Positions 9,338 through 18,893 are shown, counted from the first letter of the stretch. The stretch is DNA of 53,705 nt from Candidatus Eiseniibacteriota bacterium (GCA_041946735.1 JBHGAY010000033.1:1-53705), one strand, 5' to 3'. Notes: generated by a model not told the origin, from the sequence alone. Program-made: numbers and translations.

Positions 9338-10243
9338 ATGCCATCTCTGCTCGATCGGGCGGTGGTGGGACTGCTGCCTGTCGTTCCCAAGCCGGCTGTC
9401 CGCTACTTCAGCAAACGCTACATCGCCGGCCCCTCGGTCCAAGACGCGATCCGCGTCGTCCGCGATCTCAACCGCCAGGGGATGATGGCGACGCTCGACA
9501 TCCTCGGTGAGCATGTGACGAGGCCGGAGGCGGCGGACGACGTCCGCCCGCAGTACCTCTCCCTCCTGGACACGATCGCCCGGGAAAAGTTCGACTCGAA
9601 CGTCTCCGTGAAGCTCAGTCAGCTCGGCCTGCTGCTCGATCCCGAAGGCTGTTACCGGCGCATCGAGGAGATCGTGCGGAAGGCGGAGTCGCTCGGGAAC
9701 TTCGTCCGCATCGACATGGAGGACTCCTCCTGCACGAGCGAGACCCTCGCGATCTTCCACCGGCTGCGCGAGACGCACGAGCGTGTGGGGATCGTGATCC
9801 AGGCGATGCTCCGGCGGAGCGCCGCGGACGTCGAGAAGCTAGCGGCTTCGACAGCGAACGTCCGGCTCTGCAAGGGGATCTACGTCGAGCCGCGGGCGGT
9901 CGCCTATCAGGCCCGGGAGACGATTCGGGCGAGCTACGTCCAGCTGCTCGACATGCTGTTGGAGGGAGGCAGCTACGTCGGGATCGCGACCCATGACGAG
10001 CACCTGGTCTTCGAGGCGCTGCGCCTCATTCGCGAGCACCGGCTGTCACCCGACCGCTACGAGTTCCAGATGCTGCTCGGCGTGGAGGAGGAGCTGCGAT
10101 CGATCCTCGTCCGGGACGGCCATCGCCTGCGGGTCTACGTCCCGTTCGGGAGCGAGTGGTACGCCTACTCCGTCCGCCGGCTGAAGGAGAACCCGCGTCT
10201 GGCGGGCACCATCGCGAAGTCGACGCTCCTGCGGCGTGGCTGA
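9338..10243 (+). CDS. Monofunctional proline dehydrogenase (PutB-type)
   Basis: RYIAG, SVKLSQLG, RIDMEDS, VRLCKGIY, IATHD, EFQMLLG, RVYVPFG, RRLKENP. Confidence 0.93.
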   Translation: MPSLLDRAVVGLLPVVPKPAVRYFSKRYIAGPSVQDAIRVVRDLNRQGMMATLDILGEHVTRPEAADDVRPQYLSLLDTIAREKFDSNVSVKLSQLGLLLDPEGCYRRIEEIVRKAESLGNFVRIDMEDSSCTSETLAIFHRLRETHERVGIVIQAMLRRSAADVEKLAASTANVRLCKGIYVEPRAVAYQARETIRASYVQLLDMLLEGGSYVGIATHDEHLVFEALRLIREHRLSPDRYEFQMLLGVEEELRSILVRDGHRLRVYVPFGSEWYAYSVRRLKENPRLAGTIAKSTLLRRG

Positions 10244-10340
10244 CGATGGAGTCGCCCGATCCGGCGGAGGCCCCCGCGCCGCCGTGTGGAGGCCGGCGAA
10301 CCGCCGCCGGACCCCCATCGATCCTCTCGGCTCGGCTCGG

Positions 10341-11099
10341 CTAGGCTAGGATCGAGTAGCCGCCGTCGACGACGATTGTCTGCCCGTGGATCATCTTCGA
10401 CAGCGGGCTCGCGAGAAAGAGGACCGCGTCCGCCACGTCGTCGGGTGTCGTGAGCCGCCCCGCGGGAGTCCGGCGGGACGTGCTCTCGATCATCTGCTCC
10501 CGGTTCGGGAAGTGGGTGAGAGCGTCGGTCTCGACGATCCCCGCCGAGACGGCATTGACGTTGATGCCGCGGGGGGCGAACTCGATCGCGAGGTGGCGCA
10601 CGAGCGACTCGAGCGCCGCCTTCGACGCGCCGACCAGGGCGTAGTTCGGAATGGCGCGCGTCGCTCCGAGACTGCTGACCGCGATGATCTTCCCTCCGGG
10701 CGCCGGCATCATCGGGACCGCCTGCTGCACGAGCGGCAGCAGGGTCCCGGCGTTGATCTCCATCGTCCATTCCCAGTGGCGCCGCGTCAGCTCCATCACC
10801 GGACGGAGGACCCCGGAGGCGGCGTTGGAGACGAGGATGTCGAGGCGGCCGAACTCGGAGCCGATCCGCTGGAAGATCGACTCGATGCCCGAGGGATCGG
10901 CGACGTTTGCGCGGATCTCGAGGGAGCGCACGCCGCGGTCGCGGATCTCCTGGCCGGTCTCCCCGGCCTTCTTGCCTTGCCGCAAGTAGTTGATCGCGAC
11001 GTCCGCGCCCGCTTCGGCCAGCCGGAGGGCGATCGCCCTGCCGATTCCGCGCGAACCCCCCGTCACCAGGGCGGTCTTCCCTTCCAGATCGATCCCCAT
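10341..11099 (-). CDS. fabL: Enoyl-ACP reductase FabL-type SDR
   Basis: NAASGVLRPVMEL, SSLG, NYALVGASKAALE, TDALTHFPNRE; these match Bacillus FabL motifs as I recall them. Confidence 0.8.
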   Translation of the reverse strand: MGIDLEGKTALVTGGSRGIGRAIALRLAEAGADVAINYLRQGKKAGETGQEIRDRGVRSLEIRANVADPSGIESIFQRIGSEFGRLDILVSNAASGVLRPVMELTRRHWEWTMEINAGTLLPLVQQAVPMMPAPGGKIIAVSSLGATRAIPNYALVGASKAALESLVRHLAIEFAPRGINVNAVSAGIVETDALTHFPNREQMIESTSRRTPAGRLTTPDDVADAVLFLASPLSKMIHGQTIVVDGGYSILA

Positions 11100-11282
11100 A
11101 CGCCTTCCCTCCTCCAGACCCGGCCGGACGGCCCGCCATCGCCGGGGATGCCCGTCACGCATCCGCAGCATCCTAGGGAGGGGGTCCGTGAGGATCAAGG
11201 GCGCCGAGGTTCCGGGATGCGCCGGAGCCGCGGCGGGTGCATCCTGTCTCCGGGACTCTCCTGACGGCAAGGGAGGGAGCCG

Positions 11283-12044
11283 ATGCAGATCGATCCCGAC
11301 GGACTGGACGGCAAGGGCCGCTATCTCTTGCTCACGAGCGCGCTGATTCCGAGGCCGATCGCGTGGCTCTCCACGATCTCGCCGGAAGGCCGGGGCAACC
11401 TGGCTCCGTTCAGCTTCTTCGGCGGCGTTGCGACCACCCCGCCTCTCGTCGCGATTTCGATCCTGCGGCGGCGAGGAGGGAAGAAGGACAGCTGCCGCAA
11501 CCTGGAGGCGACGGGGGAAGGGGTGATCCACGTGCCGACCGAGGATCTTGCGCCCCAGATGGTCCTCAGCTCCGGGGACTTCCCGCACGACGTGGACGAG
11601 TTCGACCTGATCGGGCTGGAGACGGCGCCGGGGACCCGAGTGGCCGCGCGCCGTCTGCTCGCCGCGCCGCTCTCCATGGAGGTCGTCGTGGAGAGGCTCC
11701 TGCATTTCGGGGACGCGGAGGCGGACGCGAAGAGGGAGGCGCAGGCGCAGGGGGAGGCGGAGGCGAAGGCGAAGAGGGAGGCGCGGGCGGAGGAGTCGGA
11801 CCACGGCCTGCTCGCGATTTGCCGGATCGTCCTGTTCCACGTGGAGGACCGGCTGCTGGACGGCGGCCGCGTGCGTCCCGATCTCCTTCGCGTCATCGGG
11901 CGGCTGGCCGGGACCGGCTATTGCCGTGTAAGCGACATCTTCCACATCCCGCGGCCCGACACGGCGCGAGAGCTGGCCGCCTACCTGGCGCGCCTCGAGG
12001 ACAGGACCGGCGCGCCGCCGCCGAGGGAAGGGAACGGACCATGA
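11283..12044 (+). CDS. Flavin reductase-like (DIM6/NTAB family) protein with an Ala/Glu/Lys-rich insertion
   Basis: [35 protein letters not shown]. Confidence 0.88.
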   Translation: MQIDPDGLDGKGRYLLLTSALIPRPIAWLSTISPEGRGNLAPFSFFGGVATTPPLVAISILRRRGGKKDSCRNLEATGEGVIHVPTEDLAPQMVLSSGDFPHDVDEFDLIGLETAPGTRVAARRLLAAPLSMEVVVERLLHFGDAEADAKREAQAQGEAEAKAKREARAEESDHGLLAICRIVLFHVEDRLLDGGRVRPDLLRVIGRLAGTGYCRVSDIFHIPRPDTARELAAYLARLEDRTGAPPPREGNGP

Positions 12045-13486
12045 GGACCTCTTCGCCGGTGCCGCCCGCGCGGCCGCGGACGAGACGGCGATCGCCGAAT
12101 CGCTGTCCCGGACGGGCGCTCTTCAGAATCGCCGCTCTCGCAATCCTCTCTTGGCTGCCGGCCCTGGCCGCTCCGGTCCCCGTCCCCATCCCCGCGCCTG
12201 TGCTTGCGGCGACGGCCGCCGCCGCGGCGCCGCCCGCTTCCCCAGCCGGACGCGAGGCTCTGCTCGTCGCTCTCGACGGGGCGGTCACCCCTGTCAGCGC
12301 CCGCAACATCGTGGAGACGATCGAAGAGGCGGAAGAGGAAGGGGCCGCCCTCGTGCTGCTGCGGATCGACACGCCGGGGGGGCTGGATGCCTCCATGCGG
12401 GAGGCCGTGAAGTCGATCCTCGCCAGCCGCGTTCCAGTCGTCGCCTGGGTAGGCCCGCCCGGCGCGCGCGCCGCCTCGGCCGGGGTCTTCCTCGTCCTCG
12501 CCGCCCACGTGGCGGCGATGGCGCCGGGGACGAACGTCGGCGCCGCGCATCCGGTCGGCATCGGAGGGGGCAGTCCCGACTCGACGATGTCGGCGAAGGT
12601 GGAGAACGACGCGGTCGCCTACATCCGATCGATCGCGACGGAACGGGGACGCAACGCCGACTGGGCCGAACAGGCGGTGCGGCAGAGCGTGTCGGTCGAG
12701 GCGGAGGAGGCGCTTCGTCTGGGCGTGATCGACCGGATCAGCCCCGATCTACGCTCCCTGCTCGTGGCGATCGACGGCACGGTCGTGGAGACCGCGGCGG
12801 GGCCCGAGACCTTGCGCACCGGCGACCTGCCGGTCCGGGAGCGCAAGAAGAGCGTCGCAGACCGCATCCTCGGCGTGATCTCCGATCCGAACATCGCCTA
12901 CCTGCTCTTCCTCGCTGGAATCCTCGGGATCTTCTTCGAGCTGTCGAACCCCGGCGCCGTCCTTCCCGGGATCATCGGAGGCATCTCGATCATCCTGGCC
13001 CTGTTCGCCTTCCAGACCTTGTCGGTCAACTTCGCCGGTGTGCTGCTGATCCTGCTCGCGCTCATCCTCTTCATTGCCGAGGTGAAGGTCGCGAGCAGCG
13101 GGGCGCTCGCGATCGGCGGCGCGCTGAGCCTCCTGCTCGGGTCGCTGATGCTCTTCCGGCGCGCCGGAGGAGGACTGGGGGTCTCCTTGAAGACGATCAT
13201 TCCGGCCGTTGTCATCACCACCGGGCTCTTCTTCTTCGCGATCGTGATGGCCTGGCGCGCGCAGAGGCGCCGGCCTCAGACGGGCACGGAAGGGATGATC
13301 GGCGAGCTGGCGACCGTCGTGGAAGACTTGCGCCTCGAGGGGCGCGTGTTCCTCCATGGGGAGATCTGGACCGCCGTAGCGACGACGCCGGTTCCGAAGG
13401 GCGGAAAGGTGCGGGTCCTCGCAGTCGAAGGGCTGCGGCTTCGCGTCGAGTCGATCGAGGGCGGGACGCCCGCCCGGGAGGTTTGA
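12041..13486 (+). CDS. nfeD: NfeD family membrane-bound serine protease
   Basis: [27 protein letters not shown] domain and C-terminal OB fold ([12 protein letters not shown]). Confidence 0.93.
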   Translation: MRTSSPVPPARPRTRRRSPNRCPGRALFRIAALAILSWLPALAAPVPVPIPAPVLAATAAAAAPPASPAGREALLVALDGAVTPVSARNIVETIEEAEEEGAALVLLRIDTPGGLDASMREAVKSILASRVPVVAWVGPPGARAASAGVFLVLAAHVAAMAPGTNVGAAHPVGIGGGSPDSTMSAKVENDAVAYIRSIATERGRNADWAEQAVRQSVSVEAEEALRLGVIDRISPDLRSLLVAIDGTVVETAAGPETLRTGDLPVRERKKSVADRILGVISDPNIAYLLFLAGILGIFFELSNPGAVLPGIIGGISIILALFAFQTLSVNFAGVLLILLALILFIAEVKVASSGALAIGGALSLLLGSLMLFRRAGGGLGVSLKTIIPAVVITTGLFFFAIVMAWRAQRRRPQTGTEGMIGELATVVEDLRLEGRVFLHGEIWTAVATTPVPKGGKVRVLAVEGLRLRVESIEGGTPAREV

Positions 13487-13488
13487 CC

Positions 13489-14268
13489 ATGCAGGGTCTC
13501 GCCGGTCCTCTGGGAATCCTGATTCTCGTCCTGATCGTGATCCTCTCGAGCGCGATCCGCGTTCTGCGCGAATACGAGAGGGGAGTCATCTTCCGGCTCG
13601 GCCGCGCCATACCCGGGAAGGGGCCGGGGATCATCTTTCTCATCCCGTTCGTCGACAAGATGGTGAAGGTGAGTCTTCGCGTGGTCGTGATGGACGTCCC
13701 GCCCCAGGACGTCATCACTCGCGACAACGTCTCGGTGAAGGTGAACGCGGTCCTCTACTTCCGCGTCGTCGACCCGACGAAGGCGATCCTCGAGGTGGAG
13801 AACTTCCTCTTCGGAACCTCGCAGCTCGCGCAGACGACGCTCCGCAGCGTGCTCGGGCAGGCGGAGCTCGATGAGCTGCTTGCGGAGCGGGAGGCGATCA
13901 ACCTGCGGCTCCAGAACATCATCGACCATCACACCGATCCATGGGGGATCAAGGTCAGCTCGGTCGAGGTGAAGGACGTCGACCTTCCCGTGGAGATGAA
14001 ACGCGCGATGGCGAAGCAGGCCGAGGCGGAGCGCGAGCGTCGTGCGAAGGTGATCAACGCCGAAGGGGAGTTCCAGGCATCGCAGCGGCTGTCCGAGGCG
14101 GCCGCCATCATCCAGAAGGAGCCCGCGGCCCTGCAGCTCCGCTACCTCCAGACGCTCGCCGAGATCGCGACGGAGAACAACTCCACGACCCTTTTCCCGA
14201 TCCCGATCGATCTGCTGGATGCGCTTCGCCGCCGGCCCGCCTCCCCGCCCGCTTCTCCGTCGGCCTGA
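13489..14268 (+). CDS. SPFH/stomatin (slipin) family protein
   Basis: [48 protein letters not shown]; canonical NfeD-stomatin pair. Confidence 0.95.
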   Translation: MQGLAGPLGILILVLIVILSSAIRVLREYERGVIFRLGRAIPGKGPGIIFLIPFVDKMVKVSLRVVVMDVPPQDVITRDNVSVKVNAVLYFRVVDPTKAILEVENFLFGTSQLAQTTLRSVLGQAELDELLAEREAINLRLQNIIDHHTDPWGIKVSSVEVKDVDLPVEMKRAMAKQAEAERERRAKVINAEGEFQASQRLSEAAAIIQKEPAALQLRYLQTLAEIATENNSTTLFPIPIDLLDALRRRPASPPASPSA

Positions 14269-14313
14269 GGCGGCCGCCGGCGAGGGCTGGAGCCGCTCGG
14301 GGACGCCGGGGCG

Positions 14314-14349
14314 AAAGAAAGGCCCGCCGGCGCTTCTCGCCGGCGGGCC
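14314..14349 (-). terminator. Rho-independent terminator for the minus-strand gene 14376-15467
   Basis: Perfect 12-bp stem ggcccgccggcg/cgccggcgggcc, followed on the minus strand by TTTCTTT. Confidence 0.75.
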
Positions 14350-14375
14350 GGTTCGTTGCGCGCTCGGGCCTCAGG

Positions 14376-15467
14376 TCACCGCTGGACGGTGAGCTTGCCG
14401 CGCGCGACCTGGCCGTCCGCCTCGAGGCGGTAGAAGTACTGTCCGCTCGGGAGGCGCTGCCCTCGATCGTCAGCCCCGTCCCAGGCGATCTCTTGCTGTC
14501 CGGTGGCGAGGTAGGACTCGCGCACCGTGACCGCCCTCCCGGAGAGATCGAGGATCGTCAGGCGCACGGCCGAATCGTGGCCGAGCGCGAAGCGCACCGC
14601 CGCTCCCTCCCGCACCGGGTTCGGAGTGACGGCGATCCCGAGGCTGTGGGGGATCCCCGATTCCGCTGAGGCGACGAAGACCGCCGTTTCCGCGCGGAAC
14701 GGGATGGCGAACCAGACGGCCGGGTTGGTCAGGCTGTGGACCTTCAGACGGATGACGCCGATGTCCGGGTTCTGGTCGGTGAAGAAGTCGAGCCGAAGCT
14801 GGTCGTGCGCGTGGGCGGGCAACTCGATCGTCGCTTGATCCTGCCAGTAGCAGATCCCGGTCGACATCTGGCAGAACTGCGAGAACCATCCTTGCGGGAT
14901 CGCCTTCTCCGCCTGCACGTAGAGCGAATCATCGAACGCGTTGCCCGACGCGAGGTCCCCGTACATCTCGATCGTGTCTCCGGGATCGCCGCGCTGGAAC
15001 GCGTCGCTGGTCGTGAAGTGGAGCGACACGGGCGGCAGGACGATTCCGTGTCCGACCGCGAAGGTCGCCTCCACGAACGTCGTCGGATCCGCGACGCGCG
15101 AAATCCTTACTTCCATCCAGCCCTTGTTGACGTCCCCCTCGGGCAGGAAGAAGTCGAAGCGGAGATGGTCGACCTCGTCATTGCGCAACGTGATGTCCGC
15201 GCTGTCGAAGTAGCAGATTCCGGTCGACACCTGGCAGAACTGCGCGAACCAGGTGCCCGGCATGTGCTTGTACAGTTCGACGTGCAGCACGTCGCCGCTC
15301 GGGAAGTTGGACTTGAGCATCGAGGTGAACTCGACGTACGTCTCGCTCGACGCCACGTTCTGATAGGTCGGGCCGGTCACGAAGTCGAACGCCGCCGCGC
15401 CGGCGGCCGAAGCCACAAAGAGGAAAAGAGCCGCGACGAACAGGGGGCATCGCCAAGAAGCGCTCAT
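14376..15467 (-). CDS. Secreted protein with two tandem Cys-containing domains and a C-terminal FlgD-Ig/T9SS-like domain
   Basis: Signal peptide; repeats WFAQFCQVSTGICY and WFSQFCQMSTGICY; C-terminus PNP...WDGADDRGQRLPSGQYFYRL. Confidence 0.85.
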   Translation of the reverse strand: MSASWRCPLFVAALFLFVASAAGAAAFDFVTGPTYQNVASSETYVEFTSMLKSNFPSGDVLHVELYKHMPGTWFAQFCQVSTGICYFDSADITLRNDEVDHLRFDFFLPEGDVNKGWMEVRISRVADPTTFVEATFAVGHGIVLPPVSLHFTTSDAFQRGDPGDTIEMYGDLASGNAFDDSLYVQAEKAIPQGWFSQFCQMSTGICYWQDQATIELPAHAHDQLRLDFFTDQNPDIGVIRLKVHSLTNPAVWFAIPFRAETAVFVASAESGIPHSLGIAVTPNPVREGAAVRFALGHDSAVRLTILDLSGRAVTVRESYLATGQQEIAWDGADDRGQRLPSGQYFYRLEADGQVARGKLTVQR

Positions 15468-15553
15468 GAAATCCCTCCTTCCCGGGAGCCGGGAGGATGC
15501 TGCTGGCCCAAGGTTGCAGACCGAACAATACTAACGCGGCACCGGGACGACGG

Positions 15554-15913
15554 TCAACCCGGCTGGGTGGAAATCCCCAGATTGTTCGTCGAGATCCGGC
15601 ATCCGGGAAACGCGTCCACGATCGATCGGGCGATCCAAGCCAAAGTGGAAACCACCCCGGGGGTCTTCTCCGGCATCCACAGCGGAAGCAGGCGGAGCAG
15701 CACCCCCTCGTGCTTCGGCAGAACTTGCACGAGAAACGTCTGGCGCAGGTAGCCCTCGATAGCGAGGCACTCGAGGAGAACCGATCGCTCGTCCTGCGCG
15801 AGGAAGGCGTTCGCGACCTTGAGGACCGCGTCGCCGTCCCGGATCTGCCTCGGGGCCGGCATCTGCCAGACCGTACGGCAATCGCAGGCACCTTCGACGA
15901 GAACGTGGGGCAT
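15554..15913 (-). CDS. Conserved hypothetical protein (MPHVLVEG... type)
   Basis: Globular composition, fills the gap between co-oriented genes, GAGGAA SD-like sequence upstream. Confidence 0.6.
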   Translation of the reverse strand: MPHVLVEGACDCRTVWQMPAPRQIRDGDAVLKVANAFLAQDERSVLLECLAIEGYLRQTFLVQVLPKHEGVLLRLLPLWMPEKTPGVVSTLAWIARSIVDAFPGCRISTNNLGISTQPG

Positions 15914-15931
15914 CTCGTGATGCTTCCTCGA

Positions 15932-16426
15932 TCAGTTGCGTCGCGCCTCGAGAGCTCGCGAGGCCTCGAGCGCGGGGCGGAAGTCGGGATGCCAGCGAAG
16001 CGACTCCCGGTACCACCGTTGCGCTTGGTCGGGATCGTGAAGCATCTCGTGGGCGCGACCCAGGTTGTAGCAGGCGACGTGTCGGCTCTCGTAACGAGGC
16101 GCGGCGAGCGCCTGTTCCAGCCAGGGGACCGCCTCACGGGGCTTTCCCGTTTCGATGCGGTAGGCGCCGATGTCGTTGTACGCGTTCCCGGCGGCGGGAT
16201 CGATCTCGATCGCCCGCCGGCAGCAGTCGATCGCCTCTTCGTGACGGGAGAGGAGACTCAGGGTCCATCCAAGGAAGGTGTGAGCCTCGGCGGTTGGAAA
16301 CAGCTGAAGCGAATCCCGATACAGATCGATCGCTTGCGCGAACTCTCCGGACATCTGCGCCCGATACGCCTCGAGGAACCGCACCCGAGCGTCGCGCTGG
16401 GCGTCCTGCGTCCCCCCGACCTCCAT
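15932..16426 (-). CDS. Tetratricopeptide repeat protein
   Basis: TPR helices AEAHTFLGW, AIEIDP, AYNDIGAY, YNLGRA. GGAGGTGA SD. Confidence 0.88.
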   Translation of the reverse strand: MEVGGTQDAQRDARVRFLEAYRAQMSGEFAQAIDLYRDSLQLFPTAEAHTFLGWTLSLLSRHEEAIDCCRRAIEIDPAAGNAYNDIGAYRIETGKPREAVPWLEQALAAPRYESRHVACYNLGRAHEMLHDPDQAQRWYRESLRWHPDFRPALEASRALEARRN

Positions 16427-16492
16427 CCCCTCACCTCCCTACGGCCGCCCGGATCTTTTCGAAAAGCACGGGGGAGTGTCAACGCTCCGTTG

Positions 16493-16520
16493 TGAAGTCC
16501 CCCGAAACCCCCGCCGATAA
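16493..16520 (+). promoter_or_regulatory. Putative sigma28 (FliA/SigD)-type promoter
   Basis: TGAA-N16-GCCGATAA. The -10 element is an exact consensus match; the -35 is one mismatch from TAAA and the spacer is one longer than typical. Confidence 0.55.
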
Positions 16521-16526
16521 CCGAAG

Positions 16527-16700
16527 CGTGCCGCGGAAAAGCGGTTCCCTGCGCCTCGGGGTGGTTCCTCCCCGGGAACTCTTCCAGCCTTTGGATGCTG
16601 TGGGAGGCCCCCGAGGCTGCGGGGTCGGGAGCGGGACGGGACGGCGAGCCGGTCACGGGAAGGGCGGCGTCTGTTTCAGGCGCCGCCCGTTCCCACCCCG
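16527..16700 (+). ncRNA. Candidate structured small RNA of unknown family
   Basis: Hairpin, three-way junction and 3' GC stem inside a 390-bp intergenic gap. G-U pairs favour the plus strand, and a promoter lies directly upstream. Confidence 0.55.
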
Positions 16701-16819
16701 ACAGAAGGCTCCGATCTCGGTTCTTCCGTCAGTGCTCTGCGCTACCTACCTTGCTGCCTCCTTCGCTGCTCCCTTCGGTCTCTCACCGCATCGGAACGTT
16801 CCGGCTCCGTTAGCGCCGG

Positions 16820-17896
16820 TCAGCGGACCGTCAGCCGATCGATCTTTCTCTCGAGCTCCTGGAGTCGGCGGTTCAGCTCCTCGAGCCTCTCGTCCAGTCG
16901 GTCCCGCGCGCGCTGCTGCCAGAGCTGGAGGGCGCCGGCTCCCGGCGCCTGCCCGCGCTGCGAGAGCCAGGAAGGAGGCTCGAGCATCCCGCCCGTCTTC
17001 TGCTCCGGCATCTCGCCCCGCACCTCGAGCCTCTCGCCGTTGCGAAGCAGGCTCGCGGTCCATTCCTGACCGACCCCGACGGAGCGCACCTGCCGGCGAA
17101 GCTCCTCGACCTGCGTGACGGGGGATCCCTGGAACCGCAGCAGCACGTCGCCCGGGCGGATCCCCGCGCGTTCGGCCGCGGTGCCCGGCTCGACGTCGAG
17201 GACGAGGAGCCCGCTCGCCGGCTGGGTCTTGAAGTACGGGGCGAGGAAGGCGTCGATCTCGTGCACCTGCACTCCCAACGTCGGGCCGGCCACCGCCATT
17301 CCCGGGGCTCCTTGCAGGAAGCGGCGTAGCCGCTCTTCCCGACGCTCCGGGTCGCGCGCTGCCGGATCGTTCAGCTCCGAAGGAGGCACCGGCTCCCCCG
17401 GAGTCTCGAAGCGGAAGCGGCGCGGCTCGCGCATCCGGTCGTCCCGGTCCCCGCGTGGCGCCGCCTCCCCGGAGTCTCCGCCAGCCTCCTCCAGGGTCAC
17501 CCGATACGTCTCGTCCCGGCCGTCCCGGAGCACGCCGAGCTCCAACGCGTCGCCGGGCTGGTGGTCCGCGAGCCGGTCGACTAAGTCACGCGCGTTGTCG
17601 ACGCGCTCGCCGTCGACCCGTACGATCACATCTCGCTCACGGATTCCCGCACGGTCCGCGGGACCTCCGGGGTCGACCTCGCTGACGAGGGCCCCCATGA
17701 CGGAGGGGAGGTCCATCGACTCCCGCAACTCGGGGGTCAAGGTCTGGACCGAAACCCCCAAGCGAGCGCGCTGCTGGCCGAAGGCGTTGCGCGGGGTGAG
17801 AAGGAGCAAGGGGAGGAGGATGAAGAGGAGAAGCGGGCTGAGGATCCAGAAGATCGAACGGCGATCGCGAGCGAGACTTCGGTACGAGGCACTCAT
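16820..17896 (-). CDS. Secreted/periplasmic protein with two PDZ domains, no protease domain and a C-terminal coiled coil
   Basis: RLGVSVQTLTPEL...GPADRAGIRERDVI and TLGVQV...AERAGIRPGDVLL. AAGGAGGAG SD before ATG at 17896. Confidence 0.88.
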   Translation of the reverse strand: MSASYRSLARDRRSIFWILSPLLLFILLPLLLLTPRNAFGQQRARLGVSVQTLTPELRESMDLPSVMGALVSEVDPGGPADRAGIRERDVIVRVDGERVDNARDLVDRLADHQPGDALELGVLRDGRDETYRVTLEEAGGDSGEAAPRGDRDDRMREPRRFRFETPGEPVPPSELNDPAARDPERREERLRRFLQGAPGMAVAGPTLGVQVHEIDAFLAPYFKTQPASGLLVLDVEPGTAAERAGIRPGDVLLRFQGSPVTQVEELRRQVRSVGVGQEWTASLLRNGERLEVRGEMPEQKTGGMLEPPSWLSQRGQAPGAGALQLWQQRARDRLDERLEELNRRLQELERKIDRLTVR

Positions 17897-18857
17897 GGTC
17901 GGGCTCCTCCTTTTTCTCGCAAGTTCCGCGTTCCAACCCCTTGCCTCCGCCACCGGTTCCGGTGACCAGCGTCTCGCCCCGGCCGCGGCAGGGCAAGCGC
18001 CGAGCGGCGCGGCCGCGCAGCCCGACAGCCTCGCCCTCGAGATCCACCGCCTCGAGGGAGAGCTTCGCCGGAATCCGCGCAGCGGCTCGATCCGGCTGGA
18101 CCTCGCCGAGGCGTACCGGCGGCGGGGCAATCTGGTGTCCGCCCGAGCGATCGCCGAGGAGGCGGAGCGGCTCGGGCTGGCGGGGGAGGATTCCGTTCGC
18201 GCCGTTTGGATCCTGGCCGACATCGCCCTGCGGCAGGGGAGGGACAACGAGGCGCGCCGGCGGATGACGCGGCTCGTCGAGCGAGGGACCGCGACCGCCC
18301 AGGTGCTTGCTCGACTGGCGCAGATGCGGTGGGACGACCGGCAGACCGACGAGGCGATGGCCCTCTCGATGGCAGCCGTCGGACGCAATCCCGGGGACGA
18401 ATCGGTGAGCCGCTGGACCGCCGCGCGGTGGAAGGAAGAGGGGCGGATCGACCTCGCGCTCGGCCTGTTCCGCCGCGCCGCCGCCCTTCCCGCGCCGGAC
18501 GGCGAGGCCCGATTCCAGGTCGCCTTCCTGTCGCAGCTTCTCGGCGACGAAGCGGGCGCGACGCAGGGCTATCTGGAACTGCTTCGCGATCTCCCGGACC
18601 ATCCGCAGGGCAACTACAACCTGTCCCTCCTGCGTCTTGCCGAGGCCGACACCCTCGGCGCGATCGATTGCCTGGAGAGGACGATCCGCGCCGGGGCGAC
18701 GGTGCCGCAAGCCTTCCTGGACCTCGCCCTGCTCTACATGGGTCGCAAGGATCTCCCCGACGCGCGCCGCGTGCTCCTGCTCTACAGGACCGACGCGTCC
18801 CCCGACTCGACGAGCGACGCGGAGGTGCAAGAGCTGCTCCGCTCGCTCTCACGCTAG
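17820..18857 (+). CDS. Secreted TPR protein (start at 17820 or 17895)
   Basis: Signal-like LLLFLASSAFQPLASA and multiple TPR-like helices (LAEAYRRRG, NYNLSLL, FLDLALLY). Confidence 0.75.
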   Translation: MKRRSGLRIQKIERRSRARLRYEALMVGLLLFLASSAFQPLASATGSGDQRLAPAAAGQAPSGAAAQPDSLALEIHRLEGELRRNPRSGSIRLDLAEAYRRRGNLVSARAIAEEAERLGLAGEDSVRAVWILADIALRQGRDNEARRRMTRLVERGTATAQVLARLAQMRWDDRQTDEAMALSMAAVGRNPGDESVSRWTAARWKEEGRIDLALGLFRRAAALPAPDGEARFQVAFLSQLLGDEAGATQGYLELLRDLPDHPQGNYNLSLLRLAEADTLGAIDCLERTIRAGATVPQAFLDLALLYMGRKDLPDARRVLLLYRTDASPDSTSDAEVQELLRSLSR

Positions 18858-18893
18858 CGAGGACGAGCGCAGCTTGAGCGGGGTTCGAACGAG

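Noticed and set aside
10245..10325. Loose hairpin between proline dehydrogenase and fabL
   Set aside because: Imperfect GC-rich pairing is expected by chance; at most a terminator between convergent genes.
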